From a virus (taxonomy: Duplodnaviria > Heunggongvirae > Uroviricota > Caudoviricetes), in the IMG/VR virus record IMGVR_UViG_2537561830_000002: a stretch of 52,488 nt of DNA, one strand, 5' to 3'. Positions within the stretch are counted from its first letter, which is position 1. Each line of letters begins with the position of its first letter. Under the pieces are notes generated by a model. It saw nothing but the letters and a program-made list of their open reading frames with translations. It ran no database searches and was not told where the DNA came from. Made by a program: the position numbers and the translations under genes. This document shows positions 18,623-28,089 of the stretch, in pieces.

Positions 18623-20352
18623 GCCGGAAATCTTACCCCAACGTAAATGCTGCCAATCAGTATGCCCGTGATGTCGTGCGGGGAAAGATTGTGGCCTGCC
18701 AGTTTGTGATTCAGGCCTGCCAGCGCCATCTTGATGACCTGATGGCGGAAAAAAGTAAGTCGTTTCGTTACCGCTTCGACAAGGACCTGGCTGAACGGGC
18801 CGCCAAATTTATTCAGCTGTTGCCGCACACCAAGGGTGAGTGGGCATTTAAGAGGATGCCCATCACGCTGGAGCCGTGGCAGCTCTTTGTGATCTGCTGC
18901 GCGTTTGGCTGGGTCAATAAAGGCTCCCGGCTGCGCCGCTTCCGTGAGGTGTATACCGAAATCCCCCGTAAGAACGGCAAATCGGCAATCTCTGCCGGTG
19001 TCGCCCTGTATTGTTTTGCCTGTGATAACGAGTTTGGCGCGGAAGTGTATTCCGGTGCCACGACAGAGAAACAGGCGTGGGAAGTCTTTCGCCCGGCGCG
19101 ACTGATGTGTAAACGCACACCCATGCTGACGGAAGCGTTCGGGATTGAGGTTAACGCCTCAAACATGAACCGTCCGGAGGATGGCGCGCGGTTTGAACCG
19201 CTGATCGGTAACCCCGGTGATGGATCATCACCCCACTGTGCGGTGGTGGATGAATATCACGAGCACGCCACCGATGCGCTTTACACCACGATGCTTACCG
19301 GGATGGGGGCGCGACGTCAGCCACTGATGTGGGCCATTACTACTGCCGGGTACAACATTGAGGGGCCGTGCTACGACAAACGGCGGGAAGTTATCGAGAT
19401 GCTCAACGGTTCGGTACCCAACGATGAACTGTTCGGGATCATCTATACCGTTGACGAAGGTGACGACTGGACCAACCCACAGGTGCTGGAAAAAGCCAAC
19501 CCGAATATCGGGGTGTCGGTTTACCGTGAGTTTTTGTTAAGTCAGCAACAGCGTGCGAAAAATAACGCCCGTCTGGCAAACGTCTTTAAAACAAAACACC
19601 TCAATATCTGGGTGTCGGCGCGTTCGGCGTATTTCAACCTGGTGAGCTGGCAGAGCTGCGAGGATAAATCACTGACTCTTGAGCAATTCGAGGGGCAGCC
19701 GTGCATTCTGGCCTTTGACCTGGCGCGTAAACTGGATATGAACAGCATGGCGCGACTTTATACCCGCGAGATTGACGGTAAAACGCATTACTACAGTGTG
19801 GCTCCGCGCTTCTGGGTACCGTATGACACGGTGTACAGCGTCGAGAAAAATGAAGATCGCCGGACAGCCGAACGCTTTCAGAAATGGGTGGAAATGGGCG
19901 TTCTGACCGTTACCGATGGTGCGGAAGTGGATTATCGCTACATCCTCGAGGAGGCCAAAGCGGCGAACAAAATCAGCCCGGTCAGTGAGTCACCCATCGA
20001 CCCCTTCGGGGCGACCGGGTTGTCACATGACCTTGCTGATGAAGACCTGAATCCCGTCACTATCATTCAGAACTACACCAACATGTCCGACCCGATGAAA
20101 GAGCTGGAAGCGGCAATTGAATCGGGGCGCTTTCATCATGATGGCAATCCCATCATGACCTGGTGTATCGGCAATGTGGTCGGCAAAACCATTCCGGGTA
20201 ACGATGATGTGGTGAAACCCGTCAAAGAGCAGGCGGAAAACAAAATTGACGGTGCAGTTGCGCTGATTATGGCGGTTGGCAGAGCCATGCTGTACGAGAA
20301 AGAAGACACGCTGTCTGACCACATTGAGTCCTATGGGATCCGCTCGCTTTAA
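18619..20352 (+). CDS. terminase large subunit (HK97 Terminase_1 type)
   Basis: 577 aa; ATPase and nuclease regions; position after the small subunit. Confidence 0.95.
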
Positions 20353-20363
20353 CTGAGGTAATT

Positions 20364-20546
20364 ATGATCATGCTGATTCTCGCGCCTCTGGTGGGCGTGC
20401 TGGGGGCGCTTTTGCTGGCGTATGGTGCCTGGCTGATTTATCCCCCGGCGGGGTTTGTTGTTGCCGGGGCGTTGTGCCTGTTCTGGTCGTGGCTGGTGGC
20501 GCGATATCTCGACCGTACACAGTCGTCTGTCGGCGGAGGTAAATAG
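20364..20546 (+). CDS. small hydrophobic membrane protein (60 aa)
   Basis: Two predicted transmembrane helices; GAGGT RBS; sits between terminase and portal. Confidence 0.5.
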
Positions 20547-21787
20547 TGTTCTTTTCGGGATTATTTCAACGAAAAAGTGACGCACCGGTGACCACGCCAG
20601 CAGAGCTGGCGGATGCTATCGGGTTGTCCTACGACACCTATACCGGAAAGCAGATCAGCAGCCAGCGGGCCATGCGACTGACGGCGGTTTTTTCCTGCGT
20701 CAGGGTGCTGGCAGAGTCGGTCGGGATGTTGCCCTGCAATCTGTATCACCTGAACGGCAGCCTGAAACAGAGAGCCACCGGCGAGCGTCTGCATAAGCTG
20801 ATCTCCACGCATCCCAATGGCTATATGACGCCGCAGGAGTTCTGGGAGCTGGTGGTCACCTGTCTGTGCCTGCGGGGAAACTTTTACGCCTACAAAGTGA
20901 AAGCATTTGGCGAAGTGGCTGAACTGCTGCCCGTCGATCCCGGCTGTGTGGTACCGAAGCTTAACAGTAGCTGGGAGCCGGTCTATCAGGTCACATTCCC
21001 GGACGGCTCCACGGATGTACTGAGCCAGGAAGATATCTGGCATGTGCGCACGCTGACGCTGGACGGTCTGGTGGGGCTGAATCCCATCGCCTATGCCCGC
21101 GAGGCAATATCGCTGGCAGCTGCGACCGAAGAGCACGGGGCCAGACTGTTCAGCAATGGTGCGGTGACGTCCGGTGTGTTGCGTACAGAGCAGACGCTGT
21201 CGGATCAGGCTTATGAGCGCCTGAAGAAAGATTTTGAGGAGCGTCACACCGGGCTTGGCAATGCTCACCGCCCGATGATCCTTGAGATGGGGCTGGACTG
21301 GAAGTCGATGGCGCTGAACGCCGAGGACAGCCAGTTCCTGGAAACCCGCAAGTTTCAGCTTGAAGAAATCTGTCGTCTGTTCCGGGTGCCGTTGCACATG
21401 GTGCAGAACACCGATCGCGCCACCTTCAACAATATCGAAGAGCTGGGGCTGGGATTTATCAACTATTCACTGGTGCCGTATCTGACCCGCATCGAACAGC
21501 GGATCAACACCGGACTGGTACGAAAAAGTAAGCAGGGCGTTTATTACGCCAAATTTAACGCCGGGGCGTTACTGCGCGGGGATATGAAGTCCCGTTTTGA
21601 AGCCTACGCCACCGGGATCAACTGGGGAATTTACTCTCCCAATGACTGCCGCGACCTGGAAGATATGAATCCGCGTCCCGGTGGTGATGTCTATCTCACA
21701 CCGATGAACATGACCACGAAACCCTCCGATGGCAGTAAAGCCGGTAAGCAGAAGGATAACGCCAATGCAGACGAAACAACGTCTTGA
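20546..21787 (+). CDS. portal protein (HK97 family), GTG start
   Basis: 413 aa; conserved SQRAMRLTAVFSCVRVLAESVGMLP portal region. Confidence 0.9.
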   Translation: MFFSGLFQRKSDAPVTTPAELADAIGLSYDTYTGKQISSQRAMRLTAVFSCVRVLAESVGMLPCNLYHLNGSLKQRATGERLHKLISTHPNGYMTPQEFWELVVTCLCLRGNFYAYKVKAFGEVAELLPVDPGCVVPKLNSSWEPVYQVTFPDGSTDVLSQEDIWHVRTLTLDGLVGLNPIAYAREAISLAAATEEHGARLFSNGAVTSGVLRTEQTLSDQAYERLKKDFEERHTGLGNAHRPMILEMGLDWKSMALNAEDSQFLETRKFQLEEICRLFRVPLHMVQNTDRATFNNIEELGLGFINYSLVPYLTRIEQRINTGLVRKSKQGVYYAKFNAGALLRGDMKSRFEAYATGINWGIYSPNDCRDLEDMNPRPGGDVYLTPMNMTTKPSDGSKAGKQKDNANADETTS

Positions 21788-22415
21788 TGTACCGCTGAGT
21801 CTGAAATCTGTCAGTGACTCCGGTGAGTTTGAAGGGTATGGCTCCGTCTTTGGTGTAAAGGACAGCCACGATGATGTGGTGATGTCCGGGGCATTTGCTG
21901 CTTCCCTGCGGGCGTGGAGTGACAGAAAAGCGTTACCTGCGCTGCTCTGGCAGCACCGCATGGATGAACCCATCGGTGTTTACACCGAAATGAAGGAAGA
22001 CGATGTCGGGCTTTACGTCAGGGGACGGTTGCTTATTGATGATGATCCCCTCGCAAAACGCGCACATGCACACATGAAGGCCGGTTCGTTAACCGGCCTT
22101 TCTATTGGGTACGTCCTGAAAGACTGGGAATACGACCGGAGCAAAGAAGCCTTTCTGCTGAAAGAAATCGACCTCTGGGAAGTCAGCCTGGTGACGTTCC
22201 CGTCTAACGACGAGGCGCGGATCAGCGACGTCAAGAACGCACTGGCCCGCGGGGAAATCCCCGAACAGAAAAAAATCGAAAGAGTCCTGCGTGATGTCGG
22301 ACTCTCCCGTACCCAGGCCAAAGCATTCATGGCCGGGGGCTATGGCGCACTGTCCCTGCGCGACGCTGAGGATGTGGGCTCTGCACTGAATGCACTGAAA
22401 AATCTGAACTTCTAA
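21765..22415 (+). CDS. prohead protease (HK97 family)
   Basis: Internal ATG with AAGGA RBS; overlaps the portal 3' end; S/H catalytic-region context. Confidence 0.85.
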   Translation: MQTKQRLDVPLSLKSVSDSGEFEGYGSVFGVKDSHDDVVMSGAFAASLRAWSDRKALPALLWQHRMDEPIGVYTEMKEDDVGLYVRGRLLIDDDPLAKRAHAHMKAGSLTGLSIGYVLKDWEYDRSKEAFLLKEIDLWEVSLVTFPSNDEARISDVKNALARGEIPEQKKIERVLRDVGLSRTQAKAFMAGGYGALSLRDAEDVGSALNALKNLNF

Positions 22416-22429
22416 TCAGGAGAAATACG

Positions 22430-23635
22430 ATGGCGGTTGATATTAAAGATGTCGAACAGGTCGCGCAGGAGCTGCAGCAGAAGTTTGACGACTTCAAAGC
22501 AAAGAACGACAAGCGCGTGGATGCGATTGAGCAGGAAAAAGGCAAGCTTGCCGGGCAGGTGGAAACCCTGAACGGGAAACTCAGCGAGCTGGAAAATCTC
22601 AAAAGCGACCTTGAAAAAGAGCTGCTTGAGCTGAAACGTCCGGCAGGTGGAGCGCAAAATAAACTGGCCACCGAGCATAAAGAGGCGTTTGTGGGCTTCC
22701 TGCGTAAAGGCCGTGAAGACGGTCTGCGCGATCTGGAGCGTAAGGCATTGCAGGTGGGTACCGATGAAGACGGTGGCTACGCCGTGCCGGAAGAACTGGA
22801 TCGCAACATTCTTAACCTGCTGAAAGATGAAGTGGTGATGCGTCAGGAAGCCACGGTGATCACCGTTGGCGGTTCCGACTACAAAAAACTGGTGAATCTG
22901 GGCGGTACGGCTTCCGGATGGGTGGGGGAAACGGATACGCGATCCCAGACTGCCACCTCCAGACTGGAGCTGATTGAACCTCTCATGGGGGAAATCTACG
23001 GCAACCCGCAGGCTACCCAGAAAATGCTGGACGATGCCTTCTTCAACGTGGAGGCCTGGATCAACAGCGAGCTGGCAACCGAATTTGCCGAACAGGAAGA
23101 AATTGCCTTTACCTCAGGCAATGGCACCAAGAAGCCGAAAGGGTTCCTGGCGTATGAATCCACGGATGAAACCGACAAGGTCCGGGCGTTCGGCAAACTT
23201 CAGCATATTGTATCCGGCGAAGCGACCGCGGTGACCGCAGACGCCATTATCAAACTGATTTACACGCTGCGTAAGGCACACCGCACTGGCGCGAAGTTCA
23301 TGATGAACAACAACAGCCTGTTTGCCATACGTCTGCTGAAAGACACCGAGGGTAACTATCTGTGGCGTCCGGGGCTGGAACTGGGGCAGCCGTCCTCTCT
23401 GGCGGGTTACGGTATCGCTGAAAACGAACAGATGCCGGATATCGCCGCTGATGCGAAAGCCATTGCATTTGGTAACTTCAAACGGGGTTACACCATCGTT
23501 GACCGTATCGGCACCCGCATTCTGCGTGACCCGTACACCAATAAACCGTTTGTCGGTTTTTATACCACCAAGCGCACCGGCGGGATGCTGGTCGATTCGC
23601 AGGCCATCAAACTGCTGAAGATTGCAGCGGCGTAA
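22430..23635 (+). CDS. major capsid protein (HK97 fold) with N-terminal delta/scaffold domain
   Basis: 401 aa; coiled-coil N-terminus then capsid domain; AGGAGA RBS. Confidence 0.9.
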   Translation: MAVDIKDVEQVAQELQQKFDDFKAKNDKRVDAIEQEKGKLAGQVETLNGKLSELENLKSDLEKELLELKRPAGGAQNKLATEHKEAFVGFLRKGREDGLRDLERKALQVGTDEDGGYAVPEELDRNILNLLKDEVVMRQEATVITVGGSDYKKLVNLGGTASGWVGETDTRSQTATSRLELIEPLMGEIYGNPQATQKMLDDAFFNVEAWINSELATEFAEQEEIAFTSGNGTKKPKGFLAYESTDETDKVRAFGKLQHIVSGEATAVTADAIIKLIYTLRKAHRTGAKFMMNNNSLFAIRLLKDTEGNYLWRPGLELGQPSSLAGYGIAENEQMPDIAADAKAIAFGNFKRGYTIVDRIGTRILRDPYTNKPFVGFYTTKRTGGMLVDSQAIKLLKIAAA

Positions 23636-23642
23636 TCACTCA

Positions 23643-23662
23643 GGGGCGCGGAACCGCGCCCC
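23643..23662 (+). terminator. GC-rich hairpin after the capsid gene (attenuator-like)
   Basis: ggggcgcgg-aa-ccgcgcccc; no strong T-run. Confidence 0.4.
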
Positions 23663-23684
23663 CTGTTCTGACGGGTGAAGAATC

Positions 23685-23885
23685 ATGATCCTGAAACAAG
23701 ATCTGAAATGGTCACCGGACGGTATGCGTGTTGAGGTCATTCGGGCCGGTGAGTATGACGACGGGGCGCTTCCTGCCCGGGTGCAGGAGATTGCACTTCA
23801 GGCCGGGTTAGCAGAGCGCGGAATCAGTGCAAAAAGCAGTAAAGCGGCAAAAGAGAAAAAAGCCACGACCAGTAAAGAGGGCTGA
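23685..23885 (+). CDS. hypothetical small head-associated protein (66 aa)
   Basis: ORF between the capsid and connector genes. Confidence 0.5.
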   Translation: MILKQDLKWSPDGMRVEVIRAGEYDDGALPARVQEIALQAGLAERGISAKSSKAAKEKKATTSKEG

Positions 23886-23887
23886 GT

Positions 23888-24211
23888 ATGCTTCTGACAA
23901 TGGAAGAGATTAAAGCCCAACTCCGGCTGGATGAGGATTTCGATGCTGATGACCGCCATCTGCAACTGCTGGCCTGTGCGGCACAAAAGCGGACGGAAAC
24001 GTATCTGAACCGGAAGCTCTATGCACCGGATGAAACCATTCCGGACAGCGATCCGGACGGGCTGCACCTGCCGGATGATATTCGTCTGGGGATGCTGATG
24101 CTTATCAGCCATTTTTACGAAAACCGCTCGTCGGTTACGGAAGTGGAGAAACTCGACATGCCGCAGAGTTTTGGCTGGCTTGTCGGCCCGTACAGGTACT
24201 TTCCGCAATGA
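23888..24211 (+). CDS. head-tail connector (gp6-like)
   Basis: MLLTMEEIKAQLRLDEDFDADD...; position and size. Confidence 0.7.
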   Translation: MLLTMEEIKAQLRLDEDFDADDRHLQLLACAAQKRTETYLNRKLYAPDETIPDSDPDGLHLPDDIRLGMLMLISHFYENRSSVTEVEKLDMPQSFGWLVGPYRYFPQ

Positions 24212-24618
24212 AAATTCGTCAGGCGCAGACCAGCGCAACCTACATTCTGCCGGACCCCGGTGAACTGAATAAACGCGTCCTGATCCGCCAGCGGGTGGAT
24301 ATGCCCGCGGATAACTTTGGCGTGGAGCCTCAATACCCGGTTACGTTCCGGACATGGGCGAAGGTTATCCAGACCAGTGCCACCACCTGGCAGGAAACCG
24401 CGCAGACCGGGGACGCCATCACCCATTACATCACCATTCGTTACCGCCGGGGGATCACTGCTGATTATGAGGTGGTCTGTGATGACAGTGTGTACCGGGT
24501 GAAACGTCAGCGTGATCTGAACGGGGCGCGGCGCTTTCTGCTGCTGGAGTGTACGGAGCTGGGCGAATGTAGGCAGAGTCACGGAGGCAGCAATGGCGAC
24601 TCCCTTTTTTCACGTTGA
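24208..24618 (+). CDS. head-tail joining / head closure protein
   Basis: ATGA coupling; position in the head-completion module. Confidence 0.6.
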   Translation: MKIRQAQTSATYILPDPGELNKRVLIRQRVDMPADNFGVEPQYPVTFRTWAKVIQTSATTWQETAQTGDAITHYITIRYRRGITADYEVVCDDSVYRVKRQRDLNGARRFLLLECTELGECRQSHGGSNGDSLFSR

Positions 24619-25099
24619 TGTTCAGCAGCCCGCCGAGATGCGCTTTAACCGCGCCCGTGTCCGGAGGGCGTTTGTCACGATTGGGCAGCGTCATATGCGT
24701 GATGCCCGTCGGCTGGTGATGCGCCGTGCGCGGTCGGCACCGGGTGAAAACCCCGGTTATCAGACCGGACGCCTGGCTCGTTCGATTGGTTATATGGTGC
24801 CGAGAGCCAGTAAAAAGCGAGCCGGTTTTATGACACGCATTGCCCCTAACCAGCGCAACGGGAAGGGGAACCGGATGATCTCTGGTGACTTCTATCCGGC
24901 GTTTCTGTTTTTTGGTGTCCGGGGAGGAGCAAAACGTCGTCGTAGTCATCATCGTGGTGCATCCGGTGGCAGCGGCTGGCGACTGGCTCCACGTAATAAC
25001 TTCATGGTGGAAACTCTTGAAAAGAACCGCAGCTGGACACGCTATTTTCTGGCGCGGGAATTGCGTAAATCACTGAAGCCGGAGAGACGACACAGATGA
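24593..25099 (+). CDS. neck/tail-completion protein (HK97 gp10-like)
   Basis: GGAGG RBS; position; arginine-rich. Confidence 0.6.
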   Translation: MATPFFHVDVQQPAEMRFNRARVRRAFVTIGQRHMRDARRLVMRRARSAPGENPGYQTGRLARSIGYMVPRASKKRAGFMTRIAPNQRNGKGNRMISGDFYPAFLFFGVRGGAKRRRSHHRGASGGSGWRLAPRNNFMVETLEKNRSWTRYFLARELRKSLKPERRHR

Positions 25100-25656
25100 A
25101 ACTGACGCCTGTTATTGCTGCGCTGCGTGCCCGCTGCCCGTATTTTGAAAACCGGGTGGCAGGCGCGGCACAGTTCAAAAATCTGCCGGAGGTCGGAAAG
25201 CTGAGACTCCCGGCGGCGTATGTGGTACCGGGTGATGACTCTCCGGGAGAAAACAAAAGCCAGACCGACTACTGGCAGGAGCTGAAAGAGGGCTTCTCCG
25301 TGGTTGTCATACTGAGTAACGGGCGTGATGAGCGCGGTCAGTTTGCCTCGTATGATGTGGTGGACGATGTCCGGCAGATGCTCTTTAAGGCCCTGCTGGG
25401 CTGGAACCCGGAAGCGTGCGGTAACCCGATTACCTATGACGGCGGCACGCTGCTGGATCTGAATCGTCATGAGCTGATTTATCAGTTCGATTTTTCGGTC
25501 ATCAGCGAGCTGACTGAAGACGATACCCGCCAGCAGGATGATCTGAACAGTCTGGATGAACTGCAAACGCTGGCGATTGATGTTGATTATCTCGAGCCCG
25601 GTAACGGGCCTGACGGCGATATCGAACATCACACCGAAATAACCCTTCCTTCCTGA
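25096..25656 (+). CDS. tail terminator/completion protein (Mu-type tail module)
   Basis: ATGA coupling; directly precedes the sheath region. Confidence 0.6.
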   Translation: MKLTPVIAALRARCPYFENRVAGAAQFKNLPEVGKLRLPAAYVVPGDDSPGENKSQTDYWQELKEGFSVVVILSNGRDERGQFASYDVVDDVRQMLFKALLGWNPEACGNPITYDGGTLLDLNRHELIYQFDFSVISELTEDDTRQQDDLNSLDELQTLAIDVDYLEPGNGPDGDIEHHTEITLPS

Positions 25657-25664
25657 GAATCTTC

Positions 25665-25835
25665 ATGTTTGTGAAACCTGTTAAAGGGCGGTCAGTGCCT
25701 GACCCTGCCCGCGGTGACCTTTTGCCCGTCGAAGGGCGAAATGTTGACGAGAACAACTACTGGCTGCGCCGTGAAGCAGCGGGTGATATCCGGCGCGTGA
25801 ATAAAAAGGTGAACACCGATGACGATAAGCTTTAA
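25665..25835 (+). CDS. small conserved protein preceding the sheath gene (DUF2635-like, 56 aa; below the ORF-track cutoff)
   Basis: MFVKPVKGRSVPDPARGDLLPVEGRNVDENNYWLRREAAGDIRRV read manually; overlaps the sheath start by 17 nt. Confidence 0.5.
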   Translation: MFVKPVKGRSVPDPARGDLLPVEGRNVDENNYWLRREAAGDIRRVNKKVNTDDDKL

Positions 25836-27315
25836 CACCATTCCGTCGAATACGCTGGTTCCGCTGTTTTATGCGGAAATGGATAACCAGGCGGCGAATA
25901 CTGCACAGGACAGCGGAGCATCGCTGCTGATTGGTCATGCCAATAACGGTGCAGAGATTGTTGCCAACAGTCTGGTACTGATGTCGTCGGCAGACTATGC
26001 ACGCCAGATTTGTGGTGCGGGAAGTCAGCTGGCGCGTATGGTCGAGGCTTATCGCCAGACTGACCCGTTTGGCGAGCTGTATGTGATTGCCGTTCCTGAA
26101 TCCACAGGCGCGGCGGCAACGGTTACGCTGACGGTGACCGGGGCGGCAACCGAAACCGGCACGGTGAATGTGTATGTGGGACGTACCCGCGTGCAGGCAC
26201 CGGTGACTAACGGCGATAACGTCACGATGATTGCCAGCAGTATCCAGGATGCCATCAATGCCGTTCCGACCCTGCCGTTTACGGCTTCATCTTCGGCAGG
26301 CGTGGTCACACTGACCGCGCGTCATAAGGGGCTTTGCGGGAATGAAATTCCTGTCAGCCTCAATTACTACGGCTTTGGTGGGGGCGAAGTGCTGCCAGCG
26401 GGCGTACAGATTGCCGTGGCGACGGGTACCGCCGGAACGGGTGCTCCGGTTCTCACCGGCGCGGTGGCTGCAATGGCGGATGAGCCGTTTGATTATATCG
26501 GCCTGCCGTTCAACGACACGGCCTCCGTTAACACGCTGGTGACCGAGATGAACGATACCAGCGGTCGCTGGAGCTATGCGCGTCAGCTGTACGGTCATGT
26601 GTATACGGCAAAGATCGGCACGCTGTCAGAACTGGTGACCGCTGGTGACCAGTTTAACCAGCAGCACATTACCCTGGCGGGGTACGAAAAAGAGACCCAG
26701 ACGCCTGCCGACGAGCTGGCGGCAAGCCGTACCGCCCGCGCAGCGGTGTTTATCCGCAACGATCCGGCACGTCCCACGCAGACCGGTGAGCTGGTGGGTA
26801 TGCTGCCTGCGCCGAAGGGGAAACGGTTCACGATGACCGAGCAGCAGACCCTGTTGTCTCATGGCGTGGCAACGGCGTATGTCGAAAGCGGGGTGCTGCG
26901 CATTCAGCGTGATGTCACCACGTACAGGAAAAATTCTTACGGGGTTGCGGATAACAGCTACCTCGACAGCGAGACGCTGCATACCAGTGCGTATGTACTG
27001 CGCAAACTGAAATCCGTCATTACCAGTAAGTACGGGCGTCACAAGCTTGCCAGCGACGGTACCCGCTTTGGTCCCGGTCAGGCGATTGTCACCCCGGCGG
27101 TAATCAAAGGGGAACTGCTGGCAACCTACCGTCAGCTTGAGCGTGCGGGGATCGTGGAAAACTACGAACTGTTTAAGCAGTACCTGGTTGTGGAGCGTGA
27201 TGCCAGCGATCCGAACCGCCTGAACACGCTGTTCCCGCCTGACTATGTTAACCAGTTGCGTGTTTTTGCCGTGGTTAACCAGTTCCGTCTTCAGTATTCA
27301 GAGGAGTCTGCATAA
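25819..27315 (+). CDS. contractile tail sheath protein (Mu gpL-like)
   Basis: 498 aa; followed by tube, chaperone pair and tape measure in canonical order. Confidence 0.9.
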   Translation: MTISFNTIPSNTLVPLFYAEMDNQAANTAQDSGASLLIGHANNGAEIVANSLVLMSSADYARQICGAGSQLARMVEAYRQTDPFGELYVIAVPESTGAAATVTLTVTGAATETGTVNVYVGRTRVQAPVTNGDNVTMIASSIQDAINAVPTLPFTASSSAGVVTLTARHKGLCGNEIPVSLNYYGFGGGEVLPAGVQIAVATGTAGTGAPVLTGAVAAMADEPFDYIGLPFNDTASVNTLVTEMNDTSGRWSYARQLYGHVYTAKIGTLSELVTAGDQFNQQHITLAGYEKETQTPADELAASRTARAAVFIRNDPARPTQTGELVGMLPAPKGKRFTMTEQQTLLSHGVATAYVESGVLRIQRDVTTYRKNSYGVADNSYLDSETLHTSAYVLRKLKSVITSKYGRHKLASDGTRFGPGQAIVTPAVIKGELLATYRQLERAGIVENYELFKQYLVVERDASDPNRLNTLFPPDYVNQLRVFAVVNQFRLQYSEESA

Positions 27316-27671
27316 TGGCCCGTATCGGGGGAACCTGTTATTTCAAAATTGACGGTCAGCAGCTATCGCTGACCGGCGGCATTGAGGTGCCCATGAACAG
27401 GACGGTCAATGATGACATCATCGGCCTGGACGGTTCAGTGGACCGCAAGGAAACTCACCGTGCGCCTTATGTCAAAGGGACCTTCAAGGTGCCGAAGAAT
27501 TTTCCGGTGAGCAAAATCACCTCGTCTGATGAGATGACCATCACTGCTGAGCTGGCGAACGGTCAGGTCTATGTATTGTCGTCAGCCTGGCTGCACGGCG
27601 AAGCGAACCATAATGCCGAAGAAGGCACGGTTGATCTTGAGTTCCACGGTGAAGAAGGGGATTACCAGTAA
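27315..27671 (+). CDS. tail tube protein (Mu gpM-like)
   Basis: 118 aa; TAATG coupling to the sheath gene. Confidence 0.85.
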   Translation: MARIGGTCYFKIDGQQLSLTGGIEVPMNRTVNDDIIGLDGSVDRKETHRAPYVKGTFKVPKNFPVSKITSSDEMTITAELANGQVYVLSSAWLHGEANHNAEEGTVDLEFHGEEGDYQ

Positions 27672-27940
27672 TGAAAGAGCTTGAGTTAAAGAAACCGATT
27701 ACCGCTCATGGCGAGACACTCTCCGTACTGGAGTTTGATGAGCCCACCGGGAAAGATGTCCGCGAGCTGGGGTATCCCTACCAGATGAATCAGGATGAGT
27801 CCGTCAGACTTCTGGCGCATGTTGTATCGAAATACATTGTGCGGCTGGCGAAAGTGCCGCAAAGCTCTGTCGACCAGATGTCTCCGGCAGACCTGAATGC
27901 AGCGGCGTGGCTTGTGGCTGGTTTTTTCCTCCAGGCCTGA
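27671..27940 (+). CDS. tail assembly chaperone (short form)
   Basis: Small acidic ORF immediately before the tape measure gene. Confidence 0.7.
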   Translation: MKELELKKPITAHGETLSVLEFDEPTGKDVRELGYPYQMNQDESVRLLAHVVSKYIVRLAKVPQSSVDQMSPADLNAAAWLVAGFFLQA

Positions 27941-28089
27941 CGGCTGAATACCTCACTGATCGCTTCTTTGACTGCGCCAGCTACTGGCGCATTAATCCCT
28001 TCGAATTGCTGAATATGCCGATCAGTGAAATTCCCTTGCTGGTCAGTCAGGCAAACAGGATAGAGCAGGAGAAACGCACACATGGCTGA
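27907..28089 (+). CDS. -1 frame extension of the tail chaperone (frameshift product tail)
   Basis: Slippery heptamer T_TTT_TTC at 27922-27928 in the zero frame; -1 frame open to 28089. Confidence 0.55.
   Translation: MACGWFFPPGLTAEYLTDRFFDCASYWRINPFELLNMPISEIPLLVSQANRIEQEKRTHG

Noticed and set aside
20561-21397. 278-aa minus-strand ORF
   Set aside because: Lies entirely antisense within the portal gene; Arg/Gln/Leu-rich composition typical of reverse-frame artefacts in GC-rich coding DNA; no RBS.
25042-25632. 196-aa minus-strand ORF
   Set aside because: Antisense to the coupled tail-completion genes; no start context; Arg/Leu/Gln-rich off-frame composition.
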